In this document: positions 1 through 12,579 of the stretch, in pieces
How positions within the stretch are numbered: the stretch's first letter is position 1
Layout of the letters: each line of letters starts with the position of its first letter
DNA from: Chiloscyllium plagiosum
Taxonomy: Eukaryota
Direction of reading: 5' to 3'
Length of the DNA: 39,408 nt
Assembly: GCF_004010195.1 (NCBI RefSeq)
Contig: NC_057754.1
Span: 10,154,385-10,193,792, forward strand
Notes under the pieces: model-generated
Told to the model about the DNA's origin: nothing
Database searches by the model: none
The model's input: only the letters and a program-made list of their open reading frames with translations
Translations under genes and position numbers: made by a program

Positions 1-410
1 CTCCACACAAAGGCCACCTTGCTGATCTTTGAGGGCCCTATTCTCTCCCTAGTTATCCTTAATATATTTGTAAAAACCCTTTGGATTCTCCTTAATTCTA
101 TTTGCCAAAGCTATCTCATGTCCCTTTTTGCCTTCCTGATTTCCCTCTTAAGTATACTCCTACTTCCTTTATACTTCTAAGGATTCACTCGATCTATCCT
201 GTCTGTACCTGACATATGCTTCCTTCTTTTTCTTAACCAAACTCTCAATTTCTTTAGTCATCCAGCATTCCCTATACCTACCAGCCTTCCCTTTCACCCT
301 GACAGGAGTATACTTTCTCTAGATTCTTGTTATCTCATTTCTGAAGGCTTCCCATTTTTCAGCCGTCCCTTTACCTGCAAACATCTGCCTCCAATCAGCT
401 TTCAAAAGTA
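1..410 (-). mobile_element. CR1/HER1-type LINE ORF2 fragment (region between endonuclease and RT)
   Basis: Reverse complement encodes EIRKAK..HEIALANRIKENPK, matching the EIRRARRGHEMILASRVKENPK segment of the CR1 copy at 12607-13176. Runs off the window edge. Confidence 0.85.
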
Positions 411-429
411 CTCGTACTTCTACATGGAA

Positions 430-1290
430 GTGGTCAGGGGTTTGGGAGGTGCTGTCTAAGGTTCTTTGGTGCATTTCTGCATTGCGTCTTACAGGTGGTA
501 TAAACCGCTGCTACTGAGCTTCAGTGGTGGAAGGAGTGGATGCATGTGATGAGGTGCAAGTCAAGCTGGCTGCTTTGTCCTGGATGATGCCAAGCTTCTT
601 GAGTGTTGTCAGAGGTGCACCAATCCACACAAATGGGGAGTACTTCATCATACATTTGACTTGTGCCTTGTAGTTGGTGGACAGGCTTTGGGGAGTCAGG
701 AGATGAGTCACTCATTGCAGTATCCCTAGCCTCTGACCTGCACTGTGTCTATGTTATGTGAAGAGTCCTGTTGAACTTCTGGTCAATGGTAACCCAAAGA
801 TATTGACAATAGGGATTCAGTGATGGTAAAACCATTGAATGTCAAGGGGCGGTGATTATTGAGATTTTTATTGTTTATTGCTTGGCATTTGTGTGACACA
901 AATGTTTCTTGTCACTTGCCAGCCCAAGGTTGTATATTGTCCAGATCTTCTTGTATTTGAACACTGACTGCTTCAATATCTGAGGAGGCACAAATGGTGC
1001 TGAATGTTGTGCAATCATTGACAAGCTTAGATGACTGACCTCCAACTAACACAACCATCTTCCTCCGTGTCAGTCATAATTCCAAACAGCGGAGAGTTTG
1101 CTCCCAGTACCCAGTGATTCCAGTTTTGCCACACTCTGTTGAATGCAGCCTTGGTGTCAAGGGCTGTCACTCTCACCTCACCTCTGGAATTCTGCTCTTT
1201 TGTCCATATTTGAGCCAAGGCTGTAATGAGATCAGGTGCTGAGTGTCTCTAGCCAAATCCAAACTGGGCGTTCCTGAGCAGGTTATTGAG
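430..1290 (-). mobile_element. CR1-clade LINE RT fragment, second family, internally deleted
   Basis: ORF 1027-1218 has TALDTKAAFNRVW (RT LDxxxAFDxV motif). ORF 511-711 has YKAQV..MKYSP..LGIIQDKAA (CR1 C-terminal region). Confidence 0.8.
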
Positions 1291-1854
1291 CCGAATGCAT
1301 AAGAACAGGAGGGGACAGTGCTCTGAATATGCTCAGTGTCAGTCACCGGGACAGCCTGAGGAAGAACGGATGGTTTGGGAGGAGATTGTGAGGTAGAGTA
1401 GAAGTGGAAACCATGGCACAGGGGCATAGTACCTTTCACCCATTGGTTACCAGAAACCCAAGCTAAAAATAAATAAGATTAAAACAAATGTGCTATTGCT
1501 GTGCATCCTCCAACCTCCTCCACCATTCAGCACGTCAGAGTCTGGTCATCCTGGTTGCCTGAGAGAGTTCTCAGATCAGCCAGATCGGCAGAGATACAGA
1601 ATCCTGAAGATAGCTGCTACTCATAACAGGAGAGAGTTCTAGCATGAGGTGACCATGTCGCCAACCTGGATCAGGCTCAGGAAAAGACAGGCAATTCTCT
1701 TCAAGCATTCTCTTCAACCAGACAGTGCACAGGAGCTGCATGTCACCACTGACATCATGCACCTGAAGAAAGACATACATCACTAGGGCAGATCACCAAA
1801 CTATCGACTCCTGGGGGAGGCTTGAGGCCCTGAATAAGAGCCAACAGGAAAATC

Positions 1855-2644
1855 AAGAGAGAAAAACATGCTCCAAAGAATCTCAAATTGTCTGTTCTAA
1901 ATTTCTAACCTCTACTGACAGACAGAAGTGTTAATCCTGTGGGTGGAGGCAGGTTACCCAGGAAACTGGCCGCCAGCCATCTTGGTGAGGGCATGAGCCA
2001 AGCAACCTGTCTGTTGCCAACACTGGCTGGTCATATTCTGAGGGCTGGCATCATATGGCCTCCTCCCTTCTCCAGCCATTTCCCGAGAACCTGACTTTTC
2101 AGAGTCTGAGAGAAGCAGAGCACAGCCCTAGAGTGTAACTCTCCTCACCACACCACCCCAGACTCCTGACACTGGAGATCTGACAGGAACAAATCCCAGG
2201 GTTGTCCCACTCACCACACTCCTGCCATAATTTTCCCAAATCTTCTGACCATTAATCCTTGTCACATTGTACATCTTTCAATTTGATAATGTCCTTAACT
2301 CCCTTTGTTGGCCATCGATGGTTCATCATCCGAAGAGTGTTCATTTTCTAACAGAATATTTCTTTATTGAGAATGAGTTAGGAAGCATCTCCTTCAAAGT
2401 CTCAAGGGACTGAATAGCCTAATCATAACCCTATTTCTGAATATATATTGAACAATATCCTGTTCAGAATGGCATGTATATTGATGAGAGGAGGAGTTTC
2501 AGTATCCCAATGGCCAGAAGAGAGAATGACTGAGGAGGGAGAGTGTGTGGGACGGTGAGTTAAATTTCTGGAAAAAGAGAGAAAAACATGTTCCAAAGAA
2601 TCTCAAATTGTCTGTTCTGAATTTCTAACCTCTACTGACAGACA
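1855..2644. repeat. 70-bp direct repeat pair (1855-1924 and 2575-2644)
   Basis: aagagagaaaaacatg[c/t]tccaaagaatctcaaattgtctgttct[a/g]aatttctaacctctactgacagaca; 68/70 identical, 720 bp apart. Confidence 0.95.
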
Positions 2645-3596
2645 TAATCATCAATTCTATGATTTCTCCAGGATAAGAGGAGACTAATGGATGTTCTGTT
2701 ACCGATTGCTCCATTCTTGGGTCTTCACTCCTTTCTAGCTTGAGATTATTTCAGTTCTCTTTCCTTCAAATGCTCTATCTTCCAAAGACTCTTCCTTCAT
2801 TTTGATAGAAATGGACTTTTTCTGAATTGGAAGCAGCAAACACTAATAATGTTCCATACTTTTCTGAATGTCCATTGATTTTGTCCTGGATGATTTGGCT
2901 TCGACATTTTATCACCACTGATGCTCAGTTGATTGGCTGTGATTGCTGTTCTTTCTTACAGGGGCTGTAACATTTACGACGTATCAGTCCTTTCGAACCC
3001 CTCTGATATGGGAAGAATTGGAAGATTGTGGCCAGAGCTAGGAGTTCCCTGTGAAAGATTTCTGGCACAGGAGCAGTCCTTCAATATCCCATTGGAGGGC
3101 CAGTCTTCACAATGGCCTCATGTACATTTGTGGTTCCCATTGCTATGGAGACAGATGATGAAGAAACTAAGGACTATTGTGATGTCACACAGGCCAAGTG
3201 CTGGGATGTTGTGAGGGGAGTCTTCATTTTATTTGAGATGACAGGAGGGGATAGATCATTACTAAAAGATGTGTAATCGAAGTTAATGGGTAAAAAAGTA
3301 AGGCATCATATGAATTTCAGAAAACATCAAACTTCTCACATTCTGTCGTTAATCAGGAACAGGGATATCTGTACTAATAATGGTGGTGTGTCTGTGTCAT
3401 GATACTGATGCTCTTATTAAATGCTATACAAATAAGCTATACAAATTTTGATGCCACCCGGTGGACACTGCTGCTTGAAAAAGCATGGGGAAGTACTACA
3501 GGATGCCCTGAGCAACTAAAGTGTCAGATGCATCGTGTCACGTGAAGCGGGAAGCTGATCGAAACAGAATGTGCAGAGCGTTATAAAGTCAGCGGG

Positions 3597-3641
3597 CATC
3601 TGGATTATAGGCCCAGCATGCTCCCGCTGCACCACCCTACT
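3597..3641 (-). pseudogene. tRNA-iMet relic, 5' ~45 nt (anticodon CAT>TAT)
   Basis: RC AGTAGGGTGGTGCAGCGGGAGCATGCTGGGCCTATAATCCAGATG vs vertebrate iMet AGCAGAGTGGCGCAGCGGAAGCGTGCTGGGCCCATAACCCAGAGG. The 3' half is not recognisable. Confidence 0.8.
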
Positions 3642-4580
3642 AGTGCAGCATGGATGCTTTTCAGACCAGTATTCCATTTTCCTTCTGGCTGGTGGCACAG
3701 ACTACCCAGAATGATGTCAAACGATCTTTGCTGCTGTTGTGTCATATTCTGTTGACTTGCCCTAGCCATGTAAGTATAACATTTGCCTAACCTCTCACAT
3801 TTGGTTGGTCCCACTCTGATTTCACTCAGAATTACAAATTTGTCACGGGGCAGATGGAAGACTTGAAGGCCACCTTATCTGTAATGGCTCTCCACAATGA
3901 GTAAATGAACATCTCCCTTAGTGTCATTCTTTTGTCTTGTCCCTGTAAATCTACACATTGTTACTTTTAACATAACCATCCATTTCCCTCTTGATTTGAT
4001 TGAACCTGCTTCTTTGTCACTGTCAGACTGTTATTTACAGGCCCTAGTCACTCCCTGTATGAAAACGTTTTTGCTCATGTCACTTTTGCTTCTTTTCCTA
4101 TTGATAAATAAATCGCTGCCTAATCGTTCGAGATCTGTTCATGCATGGGAGCATTTTCTCCTTATTAACTCTGTCAGGACACCTCATGACTTTGAAGCCT
4201 TCAATCAGATCAGCATTCAACCTTGTGTTCTCTGAGAAGTGTCGCAACTTTCCAATCAATTTTCAATACTGCGATTTTTCAGATGCTGCACCATTCACAT
4301 GAAGCTGTTCAGTTCTATCTCCAATCACTTCACATTCCCCGCTTCCTGAAGTTTGGCGCCCAGAACAGTGCAACAATCCAACCAGGGGATTCATGCAATG
4401 TTGGATTGTCTGGGCAAAAAATCCTGAAACCCTTGTTTTCTCATTCGGCAAGTGTTTTCTGTTGCCATCTTCGCTGCAATGGTGCCTCTACTCCATCCCT
4501 ACCTCAAGAGGTCCAACCTCATTGAGCGCAGCTTTTCTTTCCCAGAAAGTTGATATGGTGATATCGAAAACAAGCAACCA

Positions 4581-4593
4581 GGGCTCGTCTGGG
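4581..4593 (-). pseudogene. tRNA-Pro 3'-end remnant, truncated at a Penelope-like insertion
   Basis: gggctcgtctggg is the RC of the tRNA-Pro 3' end (CCCGGACGAGCCC, 1 mismatch). Its flank acaagcaacca matches the flank acaagcaatca of the Pro relic at 15985. Confidence 0.6.
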
Positions 4594-4596
4594 GTT

Positions 4597-5372
4597 GTGT
4601 GTGTTTGAGAGTGTGCTGGATAGGGTGTGTGCATGAGTGTGCTGGAGCACATGCCTGTGAGAGAGTGTTTGCATGGGAAGAGGGGAGGGCAGTGTGTATG
4701 TGTGCCTGAGAGAGATTGTGTAAGTATGTGAGTATGCAAGAGTGTGTGTGCATATGTGCTTGTGTGTGAAAGGGTGTATATTCCAATGGGGTCATCTGGA
4801 GTGTGACATGAACCCAAGGTCCCAGTTGAGGCCATCCTCATGGGTACCAGACTTGGCTATCAGCCTCTGCTTGGCCACTCTGCATTGCTGCCGTCCCAAA
4901 TTCCACCTTGGAGGATGGTCACCCGAAGATCCGAGGCCGAATGTTCTTGATGGCTGAAGCGTTCCCCAACTGGGAGACAATATCCCTGTGTGACGATTGT
5001 TGCACGGTGCCCTTTCACCTGTTATTGTAGCATCCGCCTAGTCTCGCCAATGTACCATGCCTTGAGGCATCCTTGCCTGCAGCATATGAGATAGACAACA
5101 TTGACTGAGTCACATGAGTACCTGTTGCATACATGGTGGATGGTGTTCTTACGTGTAATGATAGTATCCGTGTCAACACTCTGACACGTCTTGCGGTGGT
5201 TGCCATGACAGGGTTGTACGGTGTTGTGGTAGATGTCCTGAAGGCTGGGTAGTTTGCTGCAAACAATGATCTGTTTAAGGTTTGGCGTTTGTTTAAAGGC
5301 AAGACATGGAGGTGTAGGGAAGATCTTGGCGAGGTGCTCATCCTCATTGATAATGTGTTTCAGGCTGTGAAG
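4597..5372 (-). mobile_element. Penelope-like retroelement 3' fragment (GIY-YIG endonuclease plus CA-rich 3' region)
   Basis: RC encodes YSCDSVNVVYLICCRQGCLKAWYIGET (GIY-YIG motif) and the C-terminus QRLIAKSGTHEDGLNWDLGFMSH; frameshifted. Confidence 0.85.
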
Positions 5373-5790
5373 ACATTTCTCCTCATCTCAGTCAAAATGG
5401 TTTACCCTTAAACTGACTCCTGATCATTGGAACATCCTTCCTGCATTGACCCTGTCTTGTCCTGTTACAGGTTTCTATGAGATGCTGTCCAGATTCCCCC
5501 CTACCCCCCACCACACCCTCTCTTTTAAACTCCAGTGAACATCGTTCTAATCAGCTCAGCCTCTCCTCATCCATCAGTCCTGCCATCCCAGGAAACAGTC
5601 AGGTGAACCTTTGCTACACTCCCTCCATGACCAGACCATCCTTCTTCAGTTAAGCAGACCAGGCGTGGTCTCACCACAGTCCTGTACAATTACAGCAAGC
5701 ATTCCTGTCCCTGTACTCGAATCCTCTCACTAGGAATGCCAACGTATCATTTATCTTCATCGCTGCCTGTTGTGTGATCGAGTGTTTGCA
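5373..5790 (-). mobile_element. CR1 LINE RT C-terminal fragment
   Basis: ORF 5671-5859 has LAFLVRGFEYRD, homologous to AFIGRGIEFRR in ORF 29163-29510. Confidence 0.7.
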
Positions 5791-6544
5791 GACATGCCAA
5801 ATTGATAGGAAGATAACGAGAGGAAATCTGGTAATGGTAATAATTTGTAGAATTAGCAAAAGGCAGGCAGAAACTTGGTAGAGTTAACGACAAGAACAAA
5901 GAGGGGCCGATAATGGGCAACAAAGAGAAAGCTGTTAAAGAAACAAGATAGAGCCTGTTACCAGAAACACTGACAAAAGCGAAGATGGGATAATAAATAT
6001 ATTGAAGCATCCTCAGAGCATAATAGATACACGTTGAATATTTTATCCAATTGTAATGTGCTCTGAGAAGCTGATGCCAATACAATAAACTCTCATTGAT
6101 TATTGCAGCATTCCAATCAGTCATTTTCAGATTTTGATCCACTGACATGATATTCCAATCTCTCTGTCTCTGATTCCAATCACGTCTCTCCTTCCCTGAT
6201 CTCTTGAGCTGTAGATGACTCTTGTGCGGATGTGACACGCTAAAAGGAGCGTTGCATTAATAAAGAAGCAAATGTTCCAGTGACACCATTAAAATCGTTG
6301 GAGACCGCCATGAATCACAGCCTAAAAATTGCAACTTGACTCCTATTCAATCCAGTATGCAGTGATTACATAGAGCACTTAGCCGGCCTGAGTGGGATGT
6401 GTTTGAGATCAGTGGCAGAAGCAAATGTGAAAATAGAGAGTGCTGACCTTAATTTTTCAATTCACATTTGTTGACTTGCAAGAGGATTCACACATTGGAC
6501 CCTGTTTATGAAACCACTGTCTGGCAAAACACAGGGACCTCAGT

Positions 6545-6925
6545 GCAGAGGAACAGGAGAAGGTCATTAAGCCCATCGAGGTTGTTCCAACATTCAACAA
6601 AATCATGGCTCATCTCTGACCCAACTCCACACACCTGCCTTTGGCCAATATCGATTAACACCTTTACTTAACAGAAATCACCCACCTCAGATTTAAACTG
6701 AACAACAATCCCAGAATGCACTACTGTTTGTGGAAGAGCGTTGCAAACATCCACCGCTCTTATCTACCATCCTAACATCTCTCCTGAATTTTCTAGCCCT
6801 AAGTCTGAGACTATGCTCCCCCCCCCCCCCCACCCCATTCTTGAATCTCCAATATTTTCTTCCTAAGTTGCTCAGAACAGCTCGCAGTACTCTGATTGGA
6901 ATCTAACCAGGGTTTGTATAACTGT
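6545..6925 (-). mobile_element. Old CR1 LINE 3' fragment
   Basis: Starts aggaacaggagaaggtcattaagccc, a typical RC of a CR1 3' tail; degenerate RT-end sequence follows. Confidence 0.55.
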
Positions 6926-7469
6926 GTAACATACACAGTGTAACTCCCGCACAGTCAGTCTAACATTGACGATGTGGAAAGTTCTGCCAGATTTTCAGCA
7001 AGATCTACAATTACTAAAATACTGGTTTGTAGATGCACTGACTTGCTAAAAGCAAATTGAAAAGTTGGGCTATTGAAGGAATAGAGATGTTTGGCGCCTG
7101 TAGATTTTCTATTTATTTGTCTCATTGTAGAACATCTCTGGTGAAGTTCGCAGTTACCACTTATCCTGAATTTTCCTGTCATCCTGATCTCCTTGAGTGT
7201 TGTTCAGGGGGAGTTCACGGAATTCAACTCAGTGCAGAAACAATGCTGTATCTCTGTGGTCAGGCTGGGTCCGTGCATCAAAGGAAAACTTCCAAATGGC
7301 CGTGTTTCCATGCATGTACTTCCCTTCAACTTCCACGTGGGAAAGGCTACGTGTGTTGTGTGGGTAAGGTAGTCGTGTTACTGTAGGACATACTGCAGAT
7401 ATTGCAGCCACTCCTGTGTTGATGGCTGAGGGAGTGCTTGTGGCAGAAAGGATTCAAGCCCAATCCCAG

Positions 7470-8005
7470 TGAGACCATGCCTACAATATTGTGTGCAGTT
7501 TCTGATCCCCTTGTCTAAAGAAGGGCATCATTGCTAAAGAGGGAGCGCAGACTGATTCAGGGCTGGCAGGACTGGCAGATGAGGAGAGGTTTGAATCAAT
7601 TCCCTGGAATTTTGAAGAATGAGAGATGTGATCTCACTGAAACCTAGAAAATCTAACAAGTCCCGGCAGTGTAGATGCAGCAAGGATGTTCCCACTAGCA
7701 AAGCAGACTAGCACCAGGGATCACAGTCCAAAGATACGAGACTTATGACTGATATTTAGAGAAATGGCTTCAGCCAGACAGTGGTAAGCTGGTAGAATTC
7801 TCTGCCACAGAAAGGGGTTGAACCTAAAACGTTGCATGATATCAAGACGGAGTTGGGTATAGCAGTAGAGGCTAAAGGGGGGTCAAAGGATGTGGAGAGA
7901 GTGTGGGAACAGGACACTAAGTTGGATGATCAGCCATGATCATACTGAACAGCAAAATAAGCTCGAAGGTCCAAATGGCTACTCATGGTCATAGTTTCTC
8001 TGCTT
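7470..8005 (+). mobile_element. Old CR1 LINE 3' end
   Basis: gagaccatgcctacaatattgtgtgcagttt resembles RPHLEYCVQF; ends in a CR1-like 3' UTR (gatcagccatgatcatactgaa...ccaaatggctactc). Confidence 0.7.
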
Positions 8006-8414
8006 CTAAGGGCTGGCTGTAATCGAGCTGTTTGTTTCCCTTGCAGTTGCATGCATACAGGCATGTGGGGGAATATTCCATCACGTTCCAAATGGATGCC
8101 ATGGACAAATGGAATGAGTTATCCACCTCAGAACTCCCAATCTCCAACCTGCTTTTGGAGCCACATTGGTGGCTGGCCTCAGTTAGTTACTTTGGGACGT
8201 TAAGAGATGGCAAAACTATTAAACGTCAAGCTATTTTCTCATGTTGAAGATGTTTATTGAGTGGCATTTGAGATCAGCAAATTTGCAGCAAACACTCCCA
8301 TTTCTGATCTCATGAAGGTGCAACGTGTATGATTAAGGCAGCTGAATATTTTGGGGTCTGCTGTTCTGAAAGTTTTCTGAAGTGATATAGTCCAGTTGAC
8401 GGCCTGTGTCCACG

Positions 8415-8981
8415 CAGGCATCCCCCGCTTTTCAAAAGTTCGCTTTACGCCACTTTGTTTTTACGAAAGACCTACATTAGTACAGGTGCGCAATCCTTTA
8501 TCCAAAATGCTCGGGACCAGCTGGTTTTTGGAATTCAGAATTTTTCGAATTTCAGATTAAGTGACAGTTTGGTGGTGAAATCTTTTAAAATCTTACCGGA
8601 GCAGCAGACTCACTCAATAGAAAAGGCCCAGAAACAGTTTTCGAGGCCTGATGGTGCTGGGCCACACCCCCAACGTCGCATCTGAGGGACACACATCAAG
8701 TGGGTGTCGACTTAGATTAATTGTTTGCACCTTGTTAATGAGAAAAAAACTTCACAAAAAAACCTTTGGACTTTGGAGCTTTTCGGATTTCAGGATTTCG
8801 GATAAAGGATTGTCTACCTGTACTTGTTTTTGTACCCGAAAGCAATCCGAAGAGGATTTTTGCTTTTATGAAAAGAGACGAAACTTTTCCCATATAAATT
8901 AATGCTTCTTTGCTTTACACCATTTCAGCTGATGAAACATTTCATAGGAAAGCGCTACTTTCGGATAGTGGGGGTTACCTG
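8415..8981. mobile_element. Tc1/mariner-pogo-type MITE (outer element)
   Basis: Imperfect TIRs: CAGGCATCCCCCGCTTTTCAAAAGT vs RC of right end CAGGTAACCCCCACTATCCGAAAGT. TA on the right flank only. Confidence 0.75.
8483..8820. mobile_element. Tc1/mariner-pogo-type MITE nested in the outer MITE
   Basis: 26-bp TIRs: CAGGTGCGCAATCCTTTATCCAAAAT vs RC CAGGTAGACAATCCTTTATCCGAAAT. TA on both sides (8481-82, 8821-22). Confidence 0.9.
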
Positions 8982-9069
8982 TACATCAAACATCGCAGTG
9001 GCATTATAAATTGGCAATTTGTGAATTGGTAGAACATTGGGAGCAGATCTAATCTATAGTTACACCGAA

Positions 9070-9285
9070 GCATAGAAAATCAGAGCAGTCATGGGCCATT
9101 CAGCCCCTCTGGCCTGCTCTTCCAACGAACTACAATGTTCCTTCTTTCTCCTATATCCTTTGATCCCTTCAGCCCCAATTAGCACGATATCCAACTCCTT
9201 TTGAAAAATATTCAATGTTTTGGTCCCAATCGCTTTCTGTGGCAAAAAATTCCATTGGCTCACCATGCTTTGGGAGAAGATGCCT
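9070..9285 (-). mobile_element. CR1 LINE 3' end
   Basis: ORF 9060-9266 has WNFLPQKAI...IFQKELD, matching the CR1 ORF2 C-terminus (WNELPEEVV...FKRHLD). Confidence 0.75.
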
Positions 9286-10998
9286 CTCGTCCTCTCTCTC
9301 TCTCTCTCAGTTGTTCAGGAAGGGCAAATCTGTTCCGTGGGGGACAACAGCCAACAAGGAACGCATATATTTAGCGTTCTTCAGAACTGGTCAGTAGAAA
9401 GCAAGTTGATAGTGAGGCATCTGAGAGTGGGTTGAGCAGAAAGAGATAGATTTAAACAAGTGTTATCAATGAGGAGTGCAAGGCAGAAAGGTTTGGTGAG
9501 TGATTCACAGAGACTAACATACAGTCATCTGTAAACACCGCTATTCATGGTGGAACTCTGAAATGGAATTTGTGGGTGCTCAGGCTACTAGAAATAGAAG
9601 GACATGGTCAACCTGGAGGGTGTTAGAGCTGTTGAAGATTATAGAGACAGCAGGGAGAGATGACTTGTGGCAGGACTCAAGAACAAGCAGGTTAACGGTG
9701 AGGGGTTGCTGGAGTGGATTCCTGCTTCAATCAGCGAGCACGATGGGGTAGAACTTGGTGAGCTCAGGTAGAGTTAGCAGGATGTTCCATGACTGCATGT
9801 CATGATGGATAGAGTTTGGGAAGAAGGATCTCTTCTTCATTCTCACACAGTGTTTTACAGACACTGACAACTCCTTTGATGAAATTACTTTCCCTCTTGT
9901 CATTTCTATTTGTTTTCCTCATGACTTTAAATCTCGGCTGGCTCATTCTCAATTCTTTCACTCATGGGAGCAGGCTTCATCTGCCCAGACAGTTCAATCT
10001 TTGGAACGTTCAATCAGACCAGCTTTTAGTCTTCTCTTCTCTAAGGGAAAAATGTCCCAACTTCTCCGATCTGTCTTCATAACTGGCATTACATTTATTT
10101 CCAGCCTGCAACAGGCAAGGAGGCTCAGATTTGACCTAAGATTGAGTGCAACCACCAGCTTACAGAGCGGGTTCAGGTAAGATCTTTTCCAATGACACTG
10201 TAAACAACGAGAGCTAACAGATTGTTCAGAATTTCAGTCGCATCTGACATGGAGACAGTGAACAGTAACAATAGGAACAAGCAGAGTGTCAGCATTTTGA
10301 GATTTGTCAGCATCCTTCAATTGTACTATGAGGAGAGAATGGACAAAACTGAAAAGAATGAAAAAACAATTTGTTGAACTCATAACCTCATTGGTGAGGG
10401 AGTGAAAGACATAGAAGGGCAAACTTTTAGGCAAACAGAAATTGACGCTATTATGATAGCTGGTACCATGTCAATTTATTAAACAGAAGCTCTGGTTATC
10501 TCCCATGGGTACGATTTGCAGATGAAGATTGAAGTTTCTTCCAGGAGTTACAGATTATAGCAATCTTTCAGAATAGGTGCAAGAGGCTCACGGTTCTCTT
10601 GGGAGGTAGTTGGAATAGATAAGTACTCACTCTCCAAATGCAATTCAAAATCTATTATGTCCACAAGAATTTGCATATGCATAGTATATTTAAAGGATTC
10701 ATATGTTCCATAGGACGTTTCATTGGTCCCCTGTATTGCAAACTGACCCTAGTGTGGGTCCAGTCATTCCAAACATCCATCCAGAATTTGGATGAGCAAA
10801 TCAAGCATAAAACATCCACGTGTGAAGACAATTCATCACTGCACTTCATTATAACTCATGCAGAGGAGGTAAAGAGGCTTTGGAAGTTCAGTAAATTGGT
10901 AAACATGTGGAAAGTGCAAATATGAAGTTGTCCACATCTCTTGGAAAAAAGAAACCGAATGGAATAGTATTAATTAAAAGGTGGGCGGGGGGTGGGGT

Positions 10999-11355
10999 GG
11001 TGCATAGTGGCTCATAGTGGCTCAGTGGTTAGCACTGCTGTCTTACAGCACCAGGAACCCAGGTTCAATTCCAGCCTCGGGGGTCTCTGTATGGAGTTTG
11101 CACATTCTCCCCATGTCCCTGGGTGCTCCGGTTTCCTCCCACAATCCAAAGATGTGCAGGTTAGGTGAATTGGCCTTGCTAAATTACCCATTGTGTTCAG
11201 GGATGTGTAGGTTAGGTGCATTATTCAGGGGAAATGTAGAGTAATAGGGGAATGGGTCTGGGTGGGATACTCTTTGTAGTGTCGGTGTGGACTTGTTGGG
11301 CCAAATAGCCTGTTTCCACACTGTAGGGATTCTATTCTATCCTATTCTATTCTAC
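10999..11355 (+). mobile_element. HE1-type tRNA-derived SINE
   Basis: A box tggctcagtgg, B box ggttcaattcc, body shared with 23216-23533, LINE-derived tail cctgtttccacactgt plus (attct)n. Confidence 0.9.
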
Positions 11356-11384
11356 TCATACACAGAATGATTCCCATCAATACA

Positions 11385-11570
11385 CCAAAGAACTGAGGAT
11401 GCCGGAAATTGGAGGCTGAATCAGAAAGGCCTGGAGAAACCTGGAAGGTCTGGCAGCCTTTATGGAGAGAAAACAGGGTTAATGTTTTGAGTCCATTGAC
11501 TCTTCGGTACTCAGTTCACTCTAGAGATGCTGCCTGATTGGTGGAGTTTCTCCAACAATTTCTATTTGTT
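11385..11570. mobile_element. Old Penelope-type short inverted-repeat element
   Basis: Arms ctggagaaac..ggtctggcagc and gctgcctga..gtttctccaac resemble the 26681-26879 element. Decayed hammerhead-like centre (RC gaagagtcaatggactcaaaacatt). Confidence 0.55.
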
Positions 11571-11793
11571 TCACTGTACCCATGATCCTGTCCAACTCTG
11601 TTTCCAATCACGTCACATCCCCTTCCAAACGTCTGGCGCCCAGAATTGCATAATATTCCACCTGGACAATTCATTTAGATTCTTATTGCACGTGTTGCTG
11701 TGTATTATTCGCTGCAATGACTTCTCTGGCCCTGATACTAAAATCCACATATCATTGAGTACAGCTCTGTCTGAAATTAGCCAAGTGAAAGGC

Positions 11794-11881
11794 AGGCAGC
11801 CAGTGACTTGAACCTGGACCTCTCCCATGTCACTGTTGTATAAGTTTCAAAGTGAGAATCACACCCCTCAAGCAATGAGCC
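11794..11881 (-). pseudogene. tRNA-Pro(TGG-derived) pseudogene with 18-nt intron-like insert
   Basis: RC GGCTCATTGCTTGAGGGGTGTGATTCTCACTTTGAA[ACTTATACAACAGTGACA]TGGGAGAGGTCCAGGTTCAAGTC aligns to GGCTCGTTGGTCTAGGGGTATGATTCTCGCTTTGGG|TGCGAGAGGTCCCGGGTTCAAATC. Insert at 11828-11845, after position 37. Confidence 0.8.
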
Positions 11882-12029
11882 ATTGACTCTGTGACGCATT
11901 GAACAAACCTTATGCATTTTGTTCTAACAAAGTCTATTCCCTGTTGCTTCAAGACAAAAGGCAGAAAACAGTTTGAAGAATACCATCTTCCCATCCTGAC
12001 TCCCTCCTCCCAGGAGCCTGCTGTTTGAT

Positions 12030-12570
12030 TGTTTTTCCCTGGACTGGAGTTTGCAGATCACATGAAAATTGCCGGTATGGTAAATAGCGAGGAGGAAAGC
12101 CTTAGACAACAGGATACTATTCACGGGCTGCTTAGCTGGGGAGAACAATAGCAAATAGAATTGAATCTTGCGAAGTGTGACATGATGCATTTTGGTAGAA
12201 TCAGCAAGGCAACAGAGTACACAATAAATCGTAAGACATGGCGAAGTACAAAGGGTCAGAGGGAACTTGCTTTGCAAGTTCACAGATTAGTGAAGGCAAC
12301 AGGACTGTTGGGTCATTTAATTGTGAAGACCTATGGGATACCTGCCTTTGGTCATTTTGGCATTAACTACAAAACCAGGAGGCGATGACGGATTTTATAG
12401 GCTGTTGGTGAGGACACAATTGGAGAATTCCCTTCAATTCTGTTCGCCACACTACACAAAGGATTTGATTGGACTGGAGCGTGTCCAGAGGAGGCTTAGT
12501 AGGATGTTGCCTGCACAGGCACATTTCCACTGTTAAGAAAAACTAGATAGATTGGGTTTGATTTTCTGAC
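12030..12570 (+). mobile_element. Old CR1 LINE RT C-terminal fragment
   Basis: ORFs contain KCDMMHFGR and LVRTQLENSLQFCSPHY..LERVQRR. Confidence 0.85.
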
Positions 12571-12579
12571 AGCAGTGAT

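Noticed and set aside
6270..6340. Faint resemblance to the RC of tRNA-Leu(CAG)
   Set aside because: Needs several gaps and has no recognisable B box.
10124..10168. Possible additional tRNA-His remnant on the minus strand
   Set aside because: Only a gapped partial match by eye; not distinguishable from chance without a covariance-model score.
11846..11852. Pro body with a TGA (Ser) anticodon, suggesting an identity switch
   Set aside because: Many other substitutions and a decayed acceptor stem; G>A decay is the simpler explanation.
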